Of a DNA stretch of 41,865 nucleotides, positions 11,001-19,757 are shown one piece after another; within the stretch, counting starts at the first letter, position 1; every line of letters starts with the position of its first letter. The DNA is from Bacteroidales bacterium. Its GTDB lineage: Bacteria; Bacteroidota; Bacteroidia; Bacteroidales; JAGOPY01. The position numbers and the translations under genes are program-made. The notes under the pieces were generated by a model that had not been told where the DNA came from, made no database searches, and saw only the letters and a program-made list of their open reading frames with translations. The stretch is taken from contig JAWOHY010000198.1 of NCBI GenBank assembly GCA_046484945.1, positions 1-41,865 of the forward strand. The letters run 5' to 3'.

Positions 11001-12056
11001 GTAATGCAGCCCGACAGCATATCCTTTTACCGGAAAGTATCCTCGGCATCAGGCGACAGGTTGCAATTCCTGATCAACGGGCAGGTGGCCGGAGAATGGT
11101 CGGGGACCATGGGGGGCTGGAAACGGGAGAGTTTTTATGTTGGGGCTGGTAACCGGACATTCAAATGGATCTATATTAAAGATGGCAGTGGTACGGCCGG
11201 ATCGGACGCCGCCTGGATCGATTATATCATTTTCCCGCCAAAAAACGCCACCACCCTTTATGCCGGGGAAGATGCGACCATTTGCACGGCTTTTCATTAC
11301 CAGTGCCAGGGTCAGGCTACCAATTTCCAGTCCGTCAGCTGGAACACCTCCGGAACAGGAACCTTCAATAACAACCATATCCTTACTCCTCAATATACGC
11401 CCAGCAGCGATGACCTGGAAGCAGGACAGGTTGTGCTGACGATGAATATTATCGATAACCAGGGGGAAGCCTTTCATGATGAAATGACCCTTTCTTTTTC
11501 CGATACGCCCGCGCAACCTGATATGCCTGACGGTCCGGAAGAAGTGAACATTGATAACACCTTTGTCAGTGACTATTCGGTCAGTCCTGTGGAAGAGGCC
11601 ATAAGTTACCAATGGATCGTCAACCCGGCAGAAGCCGGGACCTTTGCCGGCACAGGTCCTACCGCAACGCTGGTCTGGAACCGGGATTTCGGAGGTGTTG
11701 CCATGATCGGTGTGGAAGCTGTCAATGATTGCGGGATTGGTCCGGCATCACCGGAATTAATGGTCATCGTGGACAATTCTTCGGTAAAGATCCCTGAAAC
11801 CAGATCCGCTTCCCTGAGCGTGACAACCTATCCGAACCCGGTAACAGAGATGTTATATATCCGGATAAATGGTGAAAGAAATAAAAAGATGGAAATCTGG
11901 CTGGTGAACCTGCTGGGCATGAAAATTGTTACAAAAGAGGTGTACCATACCGGAGAAACGGTCGGGATCCCCGTTGGCCACCTGCCACCGGGAATCTATC
12001 TGCTTTCTGTTGTGTCGGGTGACCGGATGGCCACACGTAAAATAATGATCAGGTAG
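8085..12056 (+). CDS. C25 gingipain-like peptidase, Lys-gingipain (Kgp)-like catalytic domain, T9SS CTD
   Basis: Signal peptide; EMYYGRFSA, QYEKYTMPD, NYTAHC, VGNCC and YWNEDYYWAVG resemble Kgp motifs; CTD TYPNP...GIYLL...RKIMIR. Confidence 0.9.
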   Translation: MKNFIVSFIVLLSFCFNLQAGKIEILPGRSNDLKITENTWLTFSFSHIAAEIRTLDVKAEGRDFTQLLMAGYSRTGIIGSPELPVRRELLEVPQNAVVRLEITQARYTDLNLAELGYPYPVMPVQAPAIKSEERHDFDFDPEAYLLDAFTPGDPVTFEILGTMRSYRIGRLDIHPVHYNPVTHTLRVYDLIEASIYFEQADIPATLALKEKYENFYFRNIGNTLLNSQPPAGRDTVVSYPITYLIVSDPMFEAQLQPFIQWKTKQGYHVIAAYTNDPQVGTSTTAIKNYIQGQYNNPAPGKQPPSFCLLVGDIQQIPAWNGVAGSHVTDLYYFEYTGDIFPEMYYGRFSAQNTTQLQPQIDKTIQYEKYTMPDPTYLNEVVMVAGMDGSYGYSHANGQVNYGTINYFNTSNGILSHTYLYPSSGGQSAAIIQNISNGVTYGNYTAHCGPNGWSDPSFTTSNIPSLQNQDKYGLLVGNCCQSSKFNENECFAEALLRAENKGAVGYIGASNNTYWNEDYYWAVGVGQIAENPPPYEETTLGMYDRAFHTHGEPWEDWYATASQHIYAGNLAVTLGVPNSSTYYWEAYCLMGDPSLMVYYSQPQAMNVSYIPLMPLNSTSFTVQADPYAYVGISLNGELKGAALADASGTAVVPLDPITTPGTAEIVVTAQNRQPFFGTVIAANPEGPFILVNDHSWQELSGYPNNKIEPGEVIGINIELINYGMSAGTDVVATLSTMDEYVTITDAYEYCGDIGAQSTQSYQNAFSVIIADYVPNGHEVKFIVTTQDLSRESWSSNITLGLSAPVLKLNSLTVDDSQGGNGNGRMDPGETVNLIATFSNEGNAIGRNTVASLTAHSGFVNILNPEQTIGNLPFFGNTPVIFQAEIDSKAPEGILANFAVNLVSEAYELDDICPMKIGLICEDFETGDFSKFPWNHGGDMPWTITNVFPQQGFYCIRSGNIDHLQSSEISVHYQVMQPDSISFYRKVSSASGDRLQFLINGQVAGEWSGTMGGWKRESFYVGAGNRTFKWIYIKDGSGTAGSDAAWIDYIIFPPKNATTLYAGEDATICTAFHYQCQGQATNFQSVSWNTSGTGTFNNNHILTPQYTPSSDDLEAGQVVLTMNIIDNQGEAFHDEMTLSFSDTPAQPDMPDGPEEVNIDNTFVSDYSVSPVEEAISYQWIVNPAEAGTFAGTGPTATLVWNRDFGGVAMIGVEAVNDCGIGPASPELMVIVDNSSVKIPETRSASLSVTTYPNPVTEMLYIRINGERNKKMEIWLVNLLGMKIVTKEVYHTGETVGIPVGHLPPGIYLLSVVSGDRMATRKIMIR

Positions 12057-12082
12057 TTATCTGTTTCACTTAATAATGTATA

Positions 12083-13882
12083 ATGAACCGCTCAGTCCCC
12101 GTCATAATCCTGCTTCTTTTCAGCGTTCTTTTCACTTACGGGCAGTTCCGGGTGGTGGATGCAACAAGGATGCAGGTTATGCCTGGTCGGCAATTCATCC
12201 CGGATGTGGAGGGCAAAGTGCTGGTCAGCGATGCGGTCTATGAGCAGATAGAACAGTATGAAACGGGCCAGGTTCCCACGGTTTATCCGCTCTGGCCGGT
12301 ATCAAGGACCGGAACCGTGGAAGAGGGAGGTGTCTGGGGCAATTGTGACAACGATCCGGACCTGGAGATCATTTACGCAGTGGGTAACCAGGTATATGCT
12401 TTTAACAGCAATGGCTCCCTGGTAAGCGGCTGGCCCCGAACGCTCGATTACCCAACCGACGGTGCCCCTGCTTTCGGAGATATCGATGGTGATGGTTACG
12501 GTGAAATCGTGGTAACCACCCACCAGCCCGCCACTTTTGCCGTTGGTTCTATTTATGCTTTCGAAATCAACGGGGCAAACGTGCAGGGCTTTCCCGTCAG
12601 CACTGTCGGCGGCGCGCTCCGCACACCGGTCCTGGCTGACCTTGACGGCGACGGCGCCCTGGAGATCATCGTCACCATCAGGAAACATCCGGAAGGGTTT
12701 ATCCATGTTTACAGGGGCAATGGCACCATGTTCCCCGGCTGGCCCCAGCGGATGGATTATGTACCAGGCTCAGCCGCCGCCGCGGGCGATATCACCGGAA
12801 ACGGTGTCCCGGAGGTTATTGCCCAATCTTACTACGGGCTCCATGCCTTTACCGCCGATGGAATGCTGATGCCCGGTTTCCCCTATTACCCCGGCACCAA
12901 CAGGGTTTTTTCATATTCGACTCCCGTACTGGCCGATATCAACCAGAACGGCCTCCGGGAGATCATCTGCGGCGACCATGCACTGGATTCCGGCAATGGC
13001 GCCATTCATGTTGTCAAAAACGATGGCACAGCCTTTCCGGGCTGGCCCAAATTCACCAACGCCTGGGTTTACGGCCCGCCTTCCGTGGGGGATATCGACG
13101 GTGACGGCCTGCTCGATATTGCCGTCGGCGACCAAATGATCTCCATTACACCGCAAAATAAAGTCTACGCCTGGACCGCTGTTACAAGCAACCCCCTGCC
13201 CGGCTTTCCCATCACCGGCATTTGGGCTGTGAATTCCCAGATCATGCTGGCCGACCTCGATGGCGACGGGATGATCGAACTGATTTTCGATGATAACACC
13301 TCCGTCGGAAAATACCAGGGATACAACCATGATGGCACACCCATGGAGGGATGGCCCCTGTACCTCAACGGCAGTACTTTTTACATCTCCCCGATGATCT
13401 TCGACGTCAAACTCGACGGGATGATGGACATCTCCGGCGCCGGTTATGTACAGGCCACGAATACGACCAATATCTACTTTTGGAATGCCCACGTTGCAAT
13501 GAACAGCGAACTGGCCATACTGCCCATACTGCAGTATAACACAAGGCACAGTGGCGTTTACGGAGATTATCTCATGGTAGGGTCCCCTGAGATCCGACCC
13601 GAACCGGAAGACACCTGGGTTATTTACCCGAATCCGGCCACCACCCGGCTGAATATCAACAGAGCAAATCACGAAGTGAATGGAAATGCCGATGCTGAAT
13701 GGCATATCCATGTTTTCAGCACTGCCGGGAAACTAGTTTATCAAAATTTCATCCCTGGAGGTAATACCTCTCTGGTCGTCCAAACCTCCAGCCTGTCCCC
13801 CGGGGTTTACTGGCTTGTGATCAGAACTGACGGAAAGGCTGCGTATGTGAAGAAATTCATTGTGTTACATCATTCGGGATAA
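12083..13882 (+). CDS. FG-GAP/VCBS repeat protein with T9SS CTD
   Basis: Repeated GWP...P...(G/A)DIDGDG..EI units; signal peptide; CTD IYPNP...GVYWL...KKFIV. Confidence 0.85.
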   Translation: MNRSVPVIILLLFSVLFTYGQFRVVDATRMQVMPGRQFIPDVEGKVLVSDAVYEQIEQYETGQVPTVYPLWPVSRTGTVEEGGVWGNCDNDPDLEIIYAVGNQVYAFNSNGSLVSGWPRTLDYPTDGAPAFGDIDGDGYGEIVVTTHQPATFAVGSIYAFEINGANVQGFPVSTVGGALRTPVLADLDGDGALEIIVTIRKHPEGFIHVYRGNGTMFPGWPQRMDYVPGSAAAAGDITGNGVPEVIAQSYYGLHAFTADGMLMPGFPYYPGTNRVFSYSTPVLADINQNGLREIICGDHALDSGNGAIHVVKNDGTAFPGWPKFTNAWVYGPPSVGDIDGDGLLDIAVGDQMISITPQNKVYAWTAVTSNPLPGFPITGIWAVNSQIMLADLDGDGMIELIFDDNTSVGKYQGYNHDGTPMEGWPLYLNGSTFYISPMIFDVKLDGMMDISGAGYVQATNTTNIYFWNAHVAMNSELAILPILQYNTRHSGVYGDYLMVGSPEIRPEPEDTWVIYPNPATTRLNINRANHEVNGNADAEWHIHVFSTAGKLVYQNFIPGGNTSLVVQTSSLSPGVYWLVIRTDGKAAYVKKFIVLHHSG

Positions 13883-13898
13883 AACAATCATCAAACTG

Positions 13899-16800
13899 AT
13901 GAAAAAACTGATTCTGCTACCATGGCTGTTTATGACCATCGGCATGATCTCCCAGGACATGCCTGATGCTTACCGGCTGTATGTTGAGAAGCACCCGCAA
14001 GGGCCCTCCCTGAACAAATGGGACTCCATCCGCCTGGTGAACGTGCCCGAAAAAACCCTTCCCGGTAACCTGAAAAACAGAACGCTTCCGCCCATCGTCG
14101 ATAACTCCGCATTGCCTTACCTCCGTCCGGTATTTAACCAGGAAGGCCCCAGTTGCGGGCAGGCGGCCATGATCGGATATAATTTTACATACGAAATAAA
14201 TTGCCTTCGGGATCTTTCTTCCCATGATTCAAGCAACCAATACCCCACCCACTTCACATTCAATTTCATGAATGGTGGTAACGGATGGTACGGTGTCAGC
14301 TACTTTCACAGCATAGAAATGCTGAAAGCAACCGGTTGCATGACTGTGCCAGAATACGGCGGGATGCACGATGATGGCCGCAGGTGGATAGACGGTTATG
14401 ATGTATATCATAGCGGCATGCACAACCGGATCAAAGACTTCTACAGTATTCACACCGGGACAACGGATGGCATCCTGGCGCTGAAAAACTGGCTGTACGA
14501 CCATATGGGAGATCAAGCGCACGGCGGTGTGGCCAGCTTCTATGCCAATGTCCCCTGGAATGCCAAAATATTGAACGATACCACACCCGAAGGCGGTAAA
14601 CATGTGATGACAGCCTGGTACCCGGCGGCTACCCATGCCATGACCATTATCGGTTATAACGACTCGATACGGTATGATTACAACGGCGACGGACTGTATA
14701 CCAACCACATCGATCTGAATGGCGACGGGATCATCGATGCCCGCGACTGGGAGATCGGTGGGGTGAAATTCATCAACAGCCATGGCATCGATGCACAGGA
14801 CAGCGGTTATTGCTATATGATGTATAAATGCCTGGCCGAAACCTTTGAAAACGGCGGCGTATGGAACCAGGCGGTACATATCCTTTACCCTTATGAGGAG
14901 TTCTCACCTTTAATGACGTACAAGGTCACCATCAAACATGATTACCGGGAAAAAGTGAAAGTGATGGCCGGGGTGTCGTCGGATACAAGCGACTTAATTC
15001 CCAGGTGGATCATGGACTTTCCCATCATCAATTACCAGGGGGGGGATCACTACATGCAGGGCCAGGACACCGCAGAATACCTGAAATACCTGGAATTCGG
15101 ACTGGATATCAGCCCATTGCTCACACATGTCAGCCCCGGGAATCCTGCAAAGTTTTTCCTGATTGTCGATGAGAATGATCCCTATGGCGAAGGTGACGGC
15201 GAAATCATCTCCTTCTTCCTGATCGATTATACCAGCGGAATGGTGGAAGTCATTTCTGATGAAGTACCGCTGACGCTGCTCAACCATAACCGAACAACTG
15301 CAGCGCTCGTTCATACGCCGGTTTTTGATAAAGTAGCCGTTACCACGGAGGTGCTGCCGGCATTCACAACGGATGACCCCTATCAATTCCAGCTCAATGC
15401 CACCGGTGGCACACCTGCGTATGACTGGACATTTCGGCATTATTACCGGATGGAACAGTCACAGACTTCATTTCCCATGATCATGGACAACCAGGTCCTG
15501 CCTGATACTTCAGGCGACTCACTTGTAGCGATCCCATTAGGCTTTGAATTTCCCTTCTTTGGAAAAAAATATGATACCGTCTATATTCACATTGATGGCC
15601 ATATTCAATTTGACAAAACACAATTGCCCTGGCCTTACCTGTTTGATTACGACCTGCATCTGCGGAGCAATCGTATCATCACCCCGATGACGCACCAAAA
15701 CTTCACCATTTTCGATGATGAGGATGGGGCGTGGTATGAAACAGACTCCATCTCAGCTACCTTCCGGTGGAAATTGTCATGGAGCCCAAAACCCATGTCC
15801 ACAGAGTTTAATTTTGCCGTTAAGCTCTGGCATGACGGCAAAACCGAATTTATATACGGCCCGGCCACCCTGGATGGATTGAAATGGATAGGTGGTATTT
15901 CGGCAGGAAATATGCTGGATTACTTTGAGTCGCCTTTATACAGGTCACATGCCATTTCCCCGGGGCACCGGGTTGCCTTCCTGCCGGCCCGCTTTCCGCA
16001 AGGACTGTCACTCTCGGATGATGGTTGGCTTGAAGCAGAAATGCTGGATGAAACTTACATCTATGACCTGTCGGTGAGGGTGACCGATAAAAACCGTGTC
16101 GCTGATGTAAAAGACTTCCAGTTGTCTTCCGGCCCCCTGGCTTGGTTTACCGTCCATTCTCAGGGCGACAGCCTGATCCATTACGGAGATTCCGTTATCC
16201 TGGATCTCAAATTACGGAATCATGGCGCCCAAACACTCGGGGAACTGATAATGAACATTTCCAGCCATGACGACTTCATCATCTTGCAGGATAGCAGTGT
16301 TGTCATAGGTGACCTGTTGCCCGGGGAGGAGATCATCATCTCTGGTGCTTTTTCTTTTCTGGTATCTGTGGAAGTGCCCGATCAGCATGATCTTTCTCTT
16401 TCGGCGGTATTGCTGTCCGACAGCAGTTCATGGCAAAAAGCGCTTCTTTTCAAAGCCCACGCCCCGGATCTCCGGATCAGGCAGGTAATAGTGGATGATG
16501 GGGATAACAACATCCTGGATCCGGGAGAAACAGCGGATTTCCTGGTCACGCTGCAAAATATGGGAACCGCCGGTATCCATGAAGTGATCGGGCAACTTGT
16601 ATCTCTCAATCCCGAATTGCAGGTATTGGGAAACCCGGTGCAGTCATATGGAACTTTTACAAAAGGCGCCACGATTTCCCGTTCATTCACCCTGTATGCC
16701 GAGGAATCAATACCCTGTGGATTCCCTGCAAAGCTTGTCTTCACCACCGGATCAGAACCCGGGCTTTCTTTCTCTGATACCCTTGAGATAAGGATCGGCA

Positions 16801-17732
16801 AGACGCCCGTCCTGCTGATCGATCTGGATCCAAACACTCATTCGGGCCCCGTGATCCGTGACATGCTGGATGATATGAATATTATCAATGTCTATAGCAC
16901 ATTCATCCCTGAAGGCATTGACCAATTCCAGTCTCTCTTCATCAGCCTGGGATACCACGGTTCGAACCATGTCCTGACATGGCATGAAGGCAGGGTGCTG
17001 GCAGATTACCTTGATGGCGGGGGCTATATTTACATGGAAGGGAAAAAGACCTGGAAAGACGACCCACAGACCCCTGTGCACAGCCGCTTCAACATTACCC
17101 CTTTGAATGGCGTTACCCTTTGCGATACCCTTTCCGGATCGGAAAATACATTTACCCATGGTATCCGTTTACTGAACAATGCCGAATTTCCGTTCAGTTT
17201 TTATTACCTGGACCCTATCTCACCCGCCTATGCCGTTCTGCACAATGGCTTACAGGGCAGGCCCTGCGCCGTTGCCCATGATGCAGGCTTTTTTAAAACT
17301 ATCGGATCGCTCTTTGAACTTGGTACACTCGGCGATCTCCCCCCTTCTACCACCTCAGAATTGCTGCAGCGATACCTGGATTTCTTCGGCATCTATGTCA
17401 ACCCAACCCGTATCGATGAAATCACCAGAGAAGCAAACGATTTTTCCATCAGCATTTACCCAAATCCTGCGAAACAGATAATTAATGTCAGCTTAGATTT
17501 AACGGCTAACGGCAAACGGCTAACGGCAAACGGCAAACGGCAAACGGCAAACGGGCAAACCTCGCTCATCATCACCGACCTCTTCGGCCGGACTCTGATG
17601 CAAATTCAAAATGTACAAAGTTTCCCCTTCCCGATTAATGTTTCATCGATCCCTGACGGATTACATATTATCCAGTTGATAACCACAGACGGGCAATCGG
17701 CTTCGGCAAAATTTATTAAGACTTCAGATTAG
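13899..17732 (+). CDS. Papain-like (C1) cysteine peptidase, multidomain, T9SS CTD
   Basis: NQEGPSCG (oxyanion Gln and catalytic Cys), HAMTIIGY (His), FINSHG (Asn); DDGDNNILDPGE Ig-like domain; IYPNP CTD. ATG 13899 gives a signal peptide. Confidence 0.82.
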   Translation: MKKLILLPWLFMTIGMISQDMPDAYRLYVEKHPQGPSLNKWDSIRLVNVPEKTLPGNLKNRTLPPIVDNSALPYLRPVFNQEGPSCGQAAMIGYNFTYEINCLRDLSSHDSSNQYPTHFTFNFMNGGNGWYGVSYFHSIEMLKATGCMTVPEYGGMHDDGRRWIDGYDVYHSGMHNRIKDFYSIHTGTTDGILALKNWLYDHMGDQAHGGVASFYANVPWNAKILNDTTPEGGKHVMTAWYPAATHAMTIIGYNDSIRYDYNGDGLYTNHIDLNGDGIIDARDWEIGGVKFINSHGIDAQDSGYCYMMYKCLAETFENGGVWNQAVHILYPYEEFSPLMTYKVTIKHDYREKVKVMAGVSSDTSDLIPRWIMDFPIINYQGGDHYMQGQDTAEYLKYLEFGLDISPLLTHVSPGNPAKFFLIVDENDPYGEGDGEIISFFLIDYTSGMVEVISDEVPLTLLNHNRTTAALVHTPVFDKVAVTTEVLPAFTTDDPYQFQLNATGGTPAYDWTFRHYYRMEQSQTSFPMIMDNQVLPDTSGDSLVAIPLGFEFPFFGKKYDTVYIHIDGHIQFDKTQLPWPYLFDYDLHLRSNRIITPMTHQNFTIFDDEDGAWYETDSISATFRWKLSWSPKPMSTEFNFAVKLWHDGKTEFIYGPATLDGLKWIGGISAGNMLDYFESPLYRSHAISPGHRVAFLPARFPQGLSLSDDGWLEAEMLDETYIYDLSVRVTDKNRVADVKDFQLSSGPLAWFTVHSQGDSLIHYGDSVILDLKLRNHGAQTLGELIMNISSHDDFIILQDSSVVIGDLLPGEEIIISGAFSFLVSVEVPDQHDLSLSAVLLSDSSSWQKALLFKAHAPDLRIRQVIVDDGDNNILDPGETADFLVTLQNMGTAGIHEVIGQLVSLNPELQVLGNPVQSYGTFTKGATISRSFTLYAEESIPCGFPAKLVFTTGSEPGLSFSDTLEIRIGKTPVLLIDLDPNTHSGPVIRDMLDDMNIINVYSTFIPEGIDQFQSLFISLGYHGSNHVLTWHEGRVLADYLDGGGYIYMEGKKTWKDDPQTPVHSRFNITPLNGVTLCDTLSGSENTFTHGIRLLNNAEFPFSFYYLDPISPAYAVLHNGLQGRPCAVAHDAGFFKTIGSLFELGTLGDLPPSTTSELLQRYLDFFGIYVNPTRIDEITREANDFSISIYPNPAKQIINVSLDLTANGKRLTANGKRQTANGQTSLIITDLFGRTLMQIQNVQSFPFPINVSSIPDGLHIIQLITTDGQSASAKFIKTSD
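17500..17555 (+). repeat. Eight (T/A)AACGGC heptamer units inside the C1 peptidase CTD coding region
   Basis: taacggc taacggc aaacggc taacggc aaacggc aaacggc aaacggc aaacggg; translates as LTANGKRLTANGKRQTANG. Confidence 0.95.
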
Positions 17733-17806
17733 CTATTGCTTATATTTCTCAGCGAGAAACTGAATAAAATTGATTGATTCTTTTTAATTTTAAAGAAAAA
17801 ATTAAA

Positions 17807-19657
17807 ATGAAACCAAATTATCTGATTTTCGCGCTTTTCTGCCTGATTGTCACAACAGGCGATCTCATCTCCCAAAAATATGATCCCAGTGCTCGCCAGC
17901 CGCTGGTCTACGTTCAATCCTCCAGCGGGATGGCGAGCCCGGAATGGGAAGGCGGACGTTCTGAGCTTGAATTTGCCGACATGAACCAGGATGGATTCGT
18001 TGATATTATTTCTATCGGTGATCACGGCAGCCCTTATATCAATGCCGGCATCCATGGCATCATGGTTTATTTCGGTGACGGGCAGGGTACCTGGAGCGTG
18101 CAAATGACCGGTAATTTTGGATATGGCGGCATCGCGGCGGGTGATGTGAACAACGACGGCCTCATGGATGTCGGATATGGCATGCACCATAACTATTCCG
18201 GTAATGACCTGGGCGATCAGTTGATTGAGGTGGCCCTGGGCGACGGTTCCGGGGTGAACTGGACCCCCTGGGATGACGGGTTGGCTACCAGCGGCGAAAC
18301 CTATGGCATGTTCGGCACCGATTTTGCCGATGTGGATAACGACGGCGACCTGGATCTCGGTAGCATCTCTTTCGGATGCTGCAACGGCGTCAGGGTTTAC
18401 CTGAACAATATGGACGGCACATGGAGCCCTGCATATAGCATGACAGGCGGTAATTCCGATATGATCTTCGAATTCGGTGATATCAATAATGATGGCTTCA
18501 TGGACTTCATTGCCAGCTATGAATATGGCACCGTATTTTTCGGAGACGGTACCGGTAATTTCACCATCAATGACCAGGGCCTGCCACCTGCAGGCAGTAT
18601 CGGGAGAAACGGCCCTTCCCTTGGAGACATCAATAACAATGGCTTTCTAGACCTGGCTTATACCAGTTATTCCGGGGGCGTGTTCGTTTATGCCTGGAAT
18701 GACAATGACCAGCAATGGGAAGACTGGTCAGGCAATCTCCCTTCTTCAGGAACCCATGAAATGACCCAGCTGGCCGATATGAATATGGATGGTTTCATTG
18801 ATCTGGCCGTTTTCGGCAGGGGAACATTCCAGCTCTACCTCGGCGATGGCACCGGTAACTGGACGCCCGATGCCACCTTTGCCTCCGGTTCACCAGGCTA
18901 TGCAAAGGCCTTCCGGGTCGGGGGAGATGTCGACCACAACGGGTATCCGGATATTGTCTTCCTGGAACAGGTAGGCACATGGATCAGTTACAAAAACCAC
19001 CTGAGGTGTTACCGTGAATCATCAGTCCCCCTAAGCCTTTATATCAAACCGGTCTTTCCCCGCGGGCATGAAGTGCTGTGGCAGGGCGCTGTTCGCTTTA
19101 TCGACTGGATAACAGCTGTGCCGGGAAGCTCCGGCTCGCAGGTTAAATTAGAGTATTCCTCCTCTGGGCCCGAAGGCCCGTGGACCCTCATCGCCGATGA
19201 CCTGCCGGATAACGGACGTTACCAGTGGCTTGTCCCGCCGGTTATATCCGATAATTGCTATATCCGCTATACCGTTACTTCCGGAGATCCTTCCCAAACC
19301 AGTGTCACCCCCGCAGCATTCACGATTACCGATGGCACGGTAGGTGTGAAAGAGAAGTCGAATCAATCATTTTTGCTGCAAGTCTATCCGAATCCTGCCG
19401 GCTCTAAAATTTTGGTCAGCGGTTGGCGGCCTGTCCTGAAGACGAAGTCTGAAGGATCGATGGGCAGCGCAGAGGACCTGCCAGTCGATCTTTGTGTTTT
19501 TGATATGATGGGACGAAAACTGAAATCTATTTCAGCGGTACAACATTTTCCTTTTGAGATTGATGTTTCCGATCTCCGGCAAGGATTTTATCAGCTTCGG
19601 GTGCAGTTTGAAAACGGCCGTTCATCCTCTGTAAAATTCCTGAAAATAAAAGAATAA
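17807..19657 (+). CDS. FG-GAP/VCBS repeat protein with Ig-like domain and T9SS CTD
   Basis: Several (A/G)D(M/V/I)NxDG..D repeats; signal peptide from ATG 17807; VYPNP...GFYQL...KFLK CTD. Confidence 0.85.
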   Translation: MKPNYLIFALFCLIVTTGDLISQKYDPSARQPLVYVQSSSGMASPEWEGGRSELEFADMNQDGFVDIISIGDHGSPYINAGIHGIMVYFGDGQGTWSVQMTGNFGYGGIAAGDVNNDGLMDVGYGMHHNYSGNDLGDQLIEVALGDGSGVNWTPWDDGLATSGETYGMFGTDFADVDNDGDLDLGSISFGCCNGVRVYLNNMDGTWSPAYSMTGGNSDMIFEFGDINNDGFMDFIASYEYGTVFFGDGTGNFTINDQGLPPAGSIGRNGPSLGDINNNGFLDLAYTSYSGGVFVYAWNDNDQQWEDWSGNLPSSGTHEMTQLADMNMDGFIDLAVFGRGTFQLYLGDGTGNWTPDATFASGSPGYAKAFRVGGDVDHNGYPDIVFLEQVGTWISYKNHLRCYRESSVPLSLYIKPVFPRGHEVLWQGAVRFIDWITAVPGSSGSQVKLEYSSSGPEGPWTLIADDLPDNGRYQWLVPPVISDNCYIRYTVTSGDPSQTSVTPAAFTITDGTVGVKEKSNQSFLLQVYPNPAGSKILVSGWRPVLKTKSEGSMGSAEDLPVDLCVFDMMGRKLKSISAVQHFPFEIDVSDLRQGFYQLRVQFENGRSSSVKFLKIKE

Positions 19658-19668
19658 CCATGGTTTCT

Positions 19669-19705
19669 CGCTGATTTTCGCGGATGAAAACGCAGATGAA
19701 CGCAA
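19669..19705 (+). repeat. Degenerate CGCnGAT repeat (10-12 nt spacing) downstream of the FG-GAP gene
   Basis: cgctgat 19669, cgcggat 19679, cgcagat 19691, cgcaaaa 19701. Confidence 0.55.
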
Positions 19706-19729
19706 AAAACAATATACCTGTTTATTTGT

Positions 19730-19737
19730 TATTTTTG
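19730..19737 (+). promoter_or_regulatory. Bacteroidetes -7 promoter element (TATTTTTG)
   Basis: TAnnTTTG about 20 nt before ATG 19758. Confidence 0.55.
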
Positions 19738-19757
19738 CAGCCCCAAGAATTAAAATT

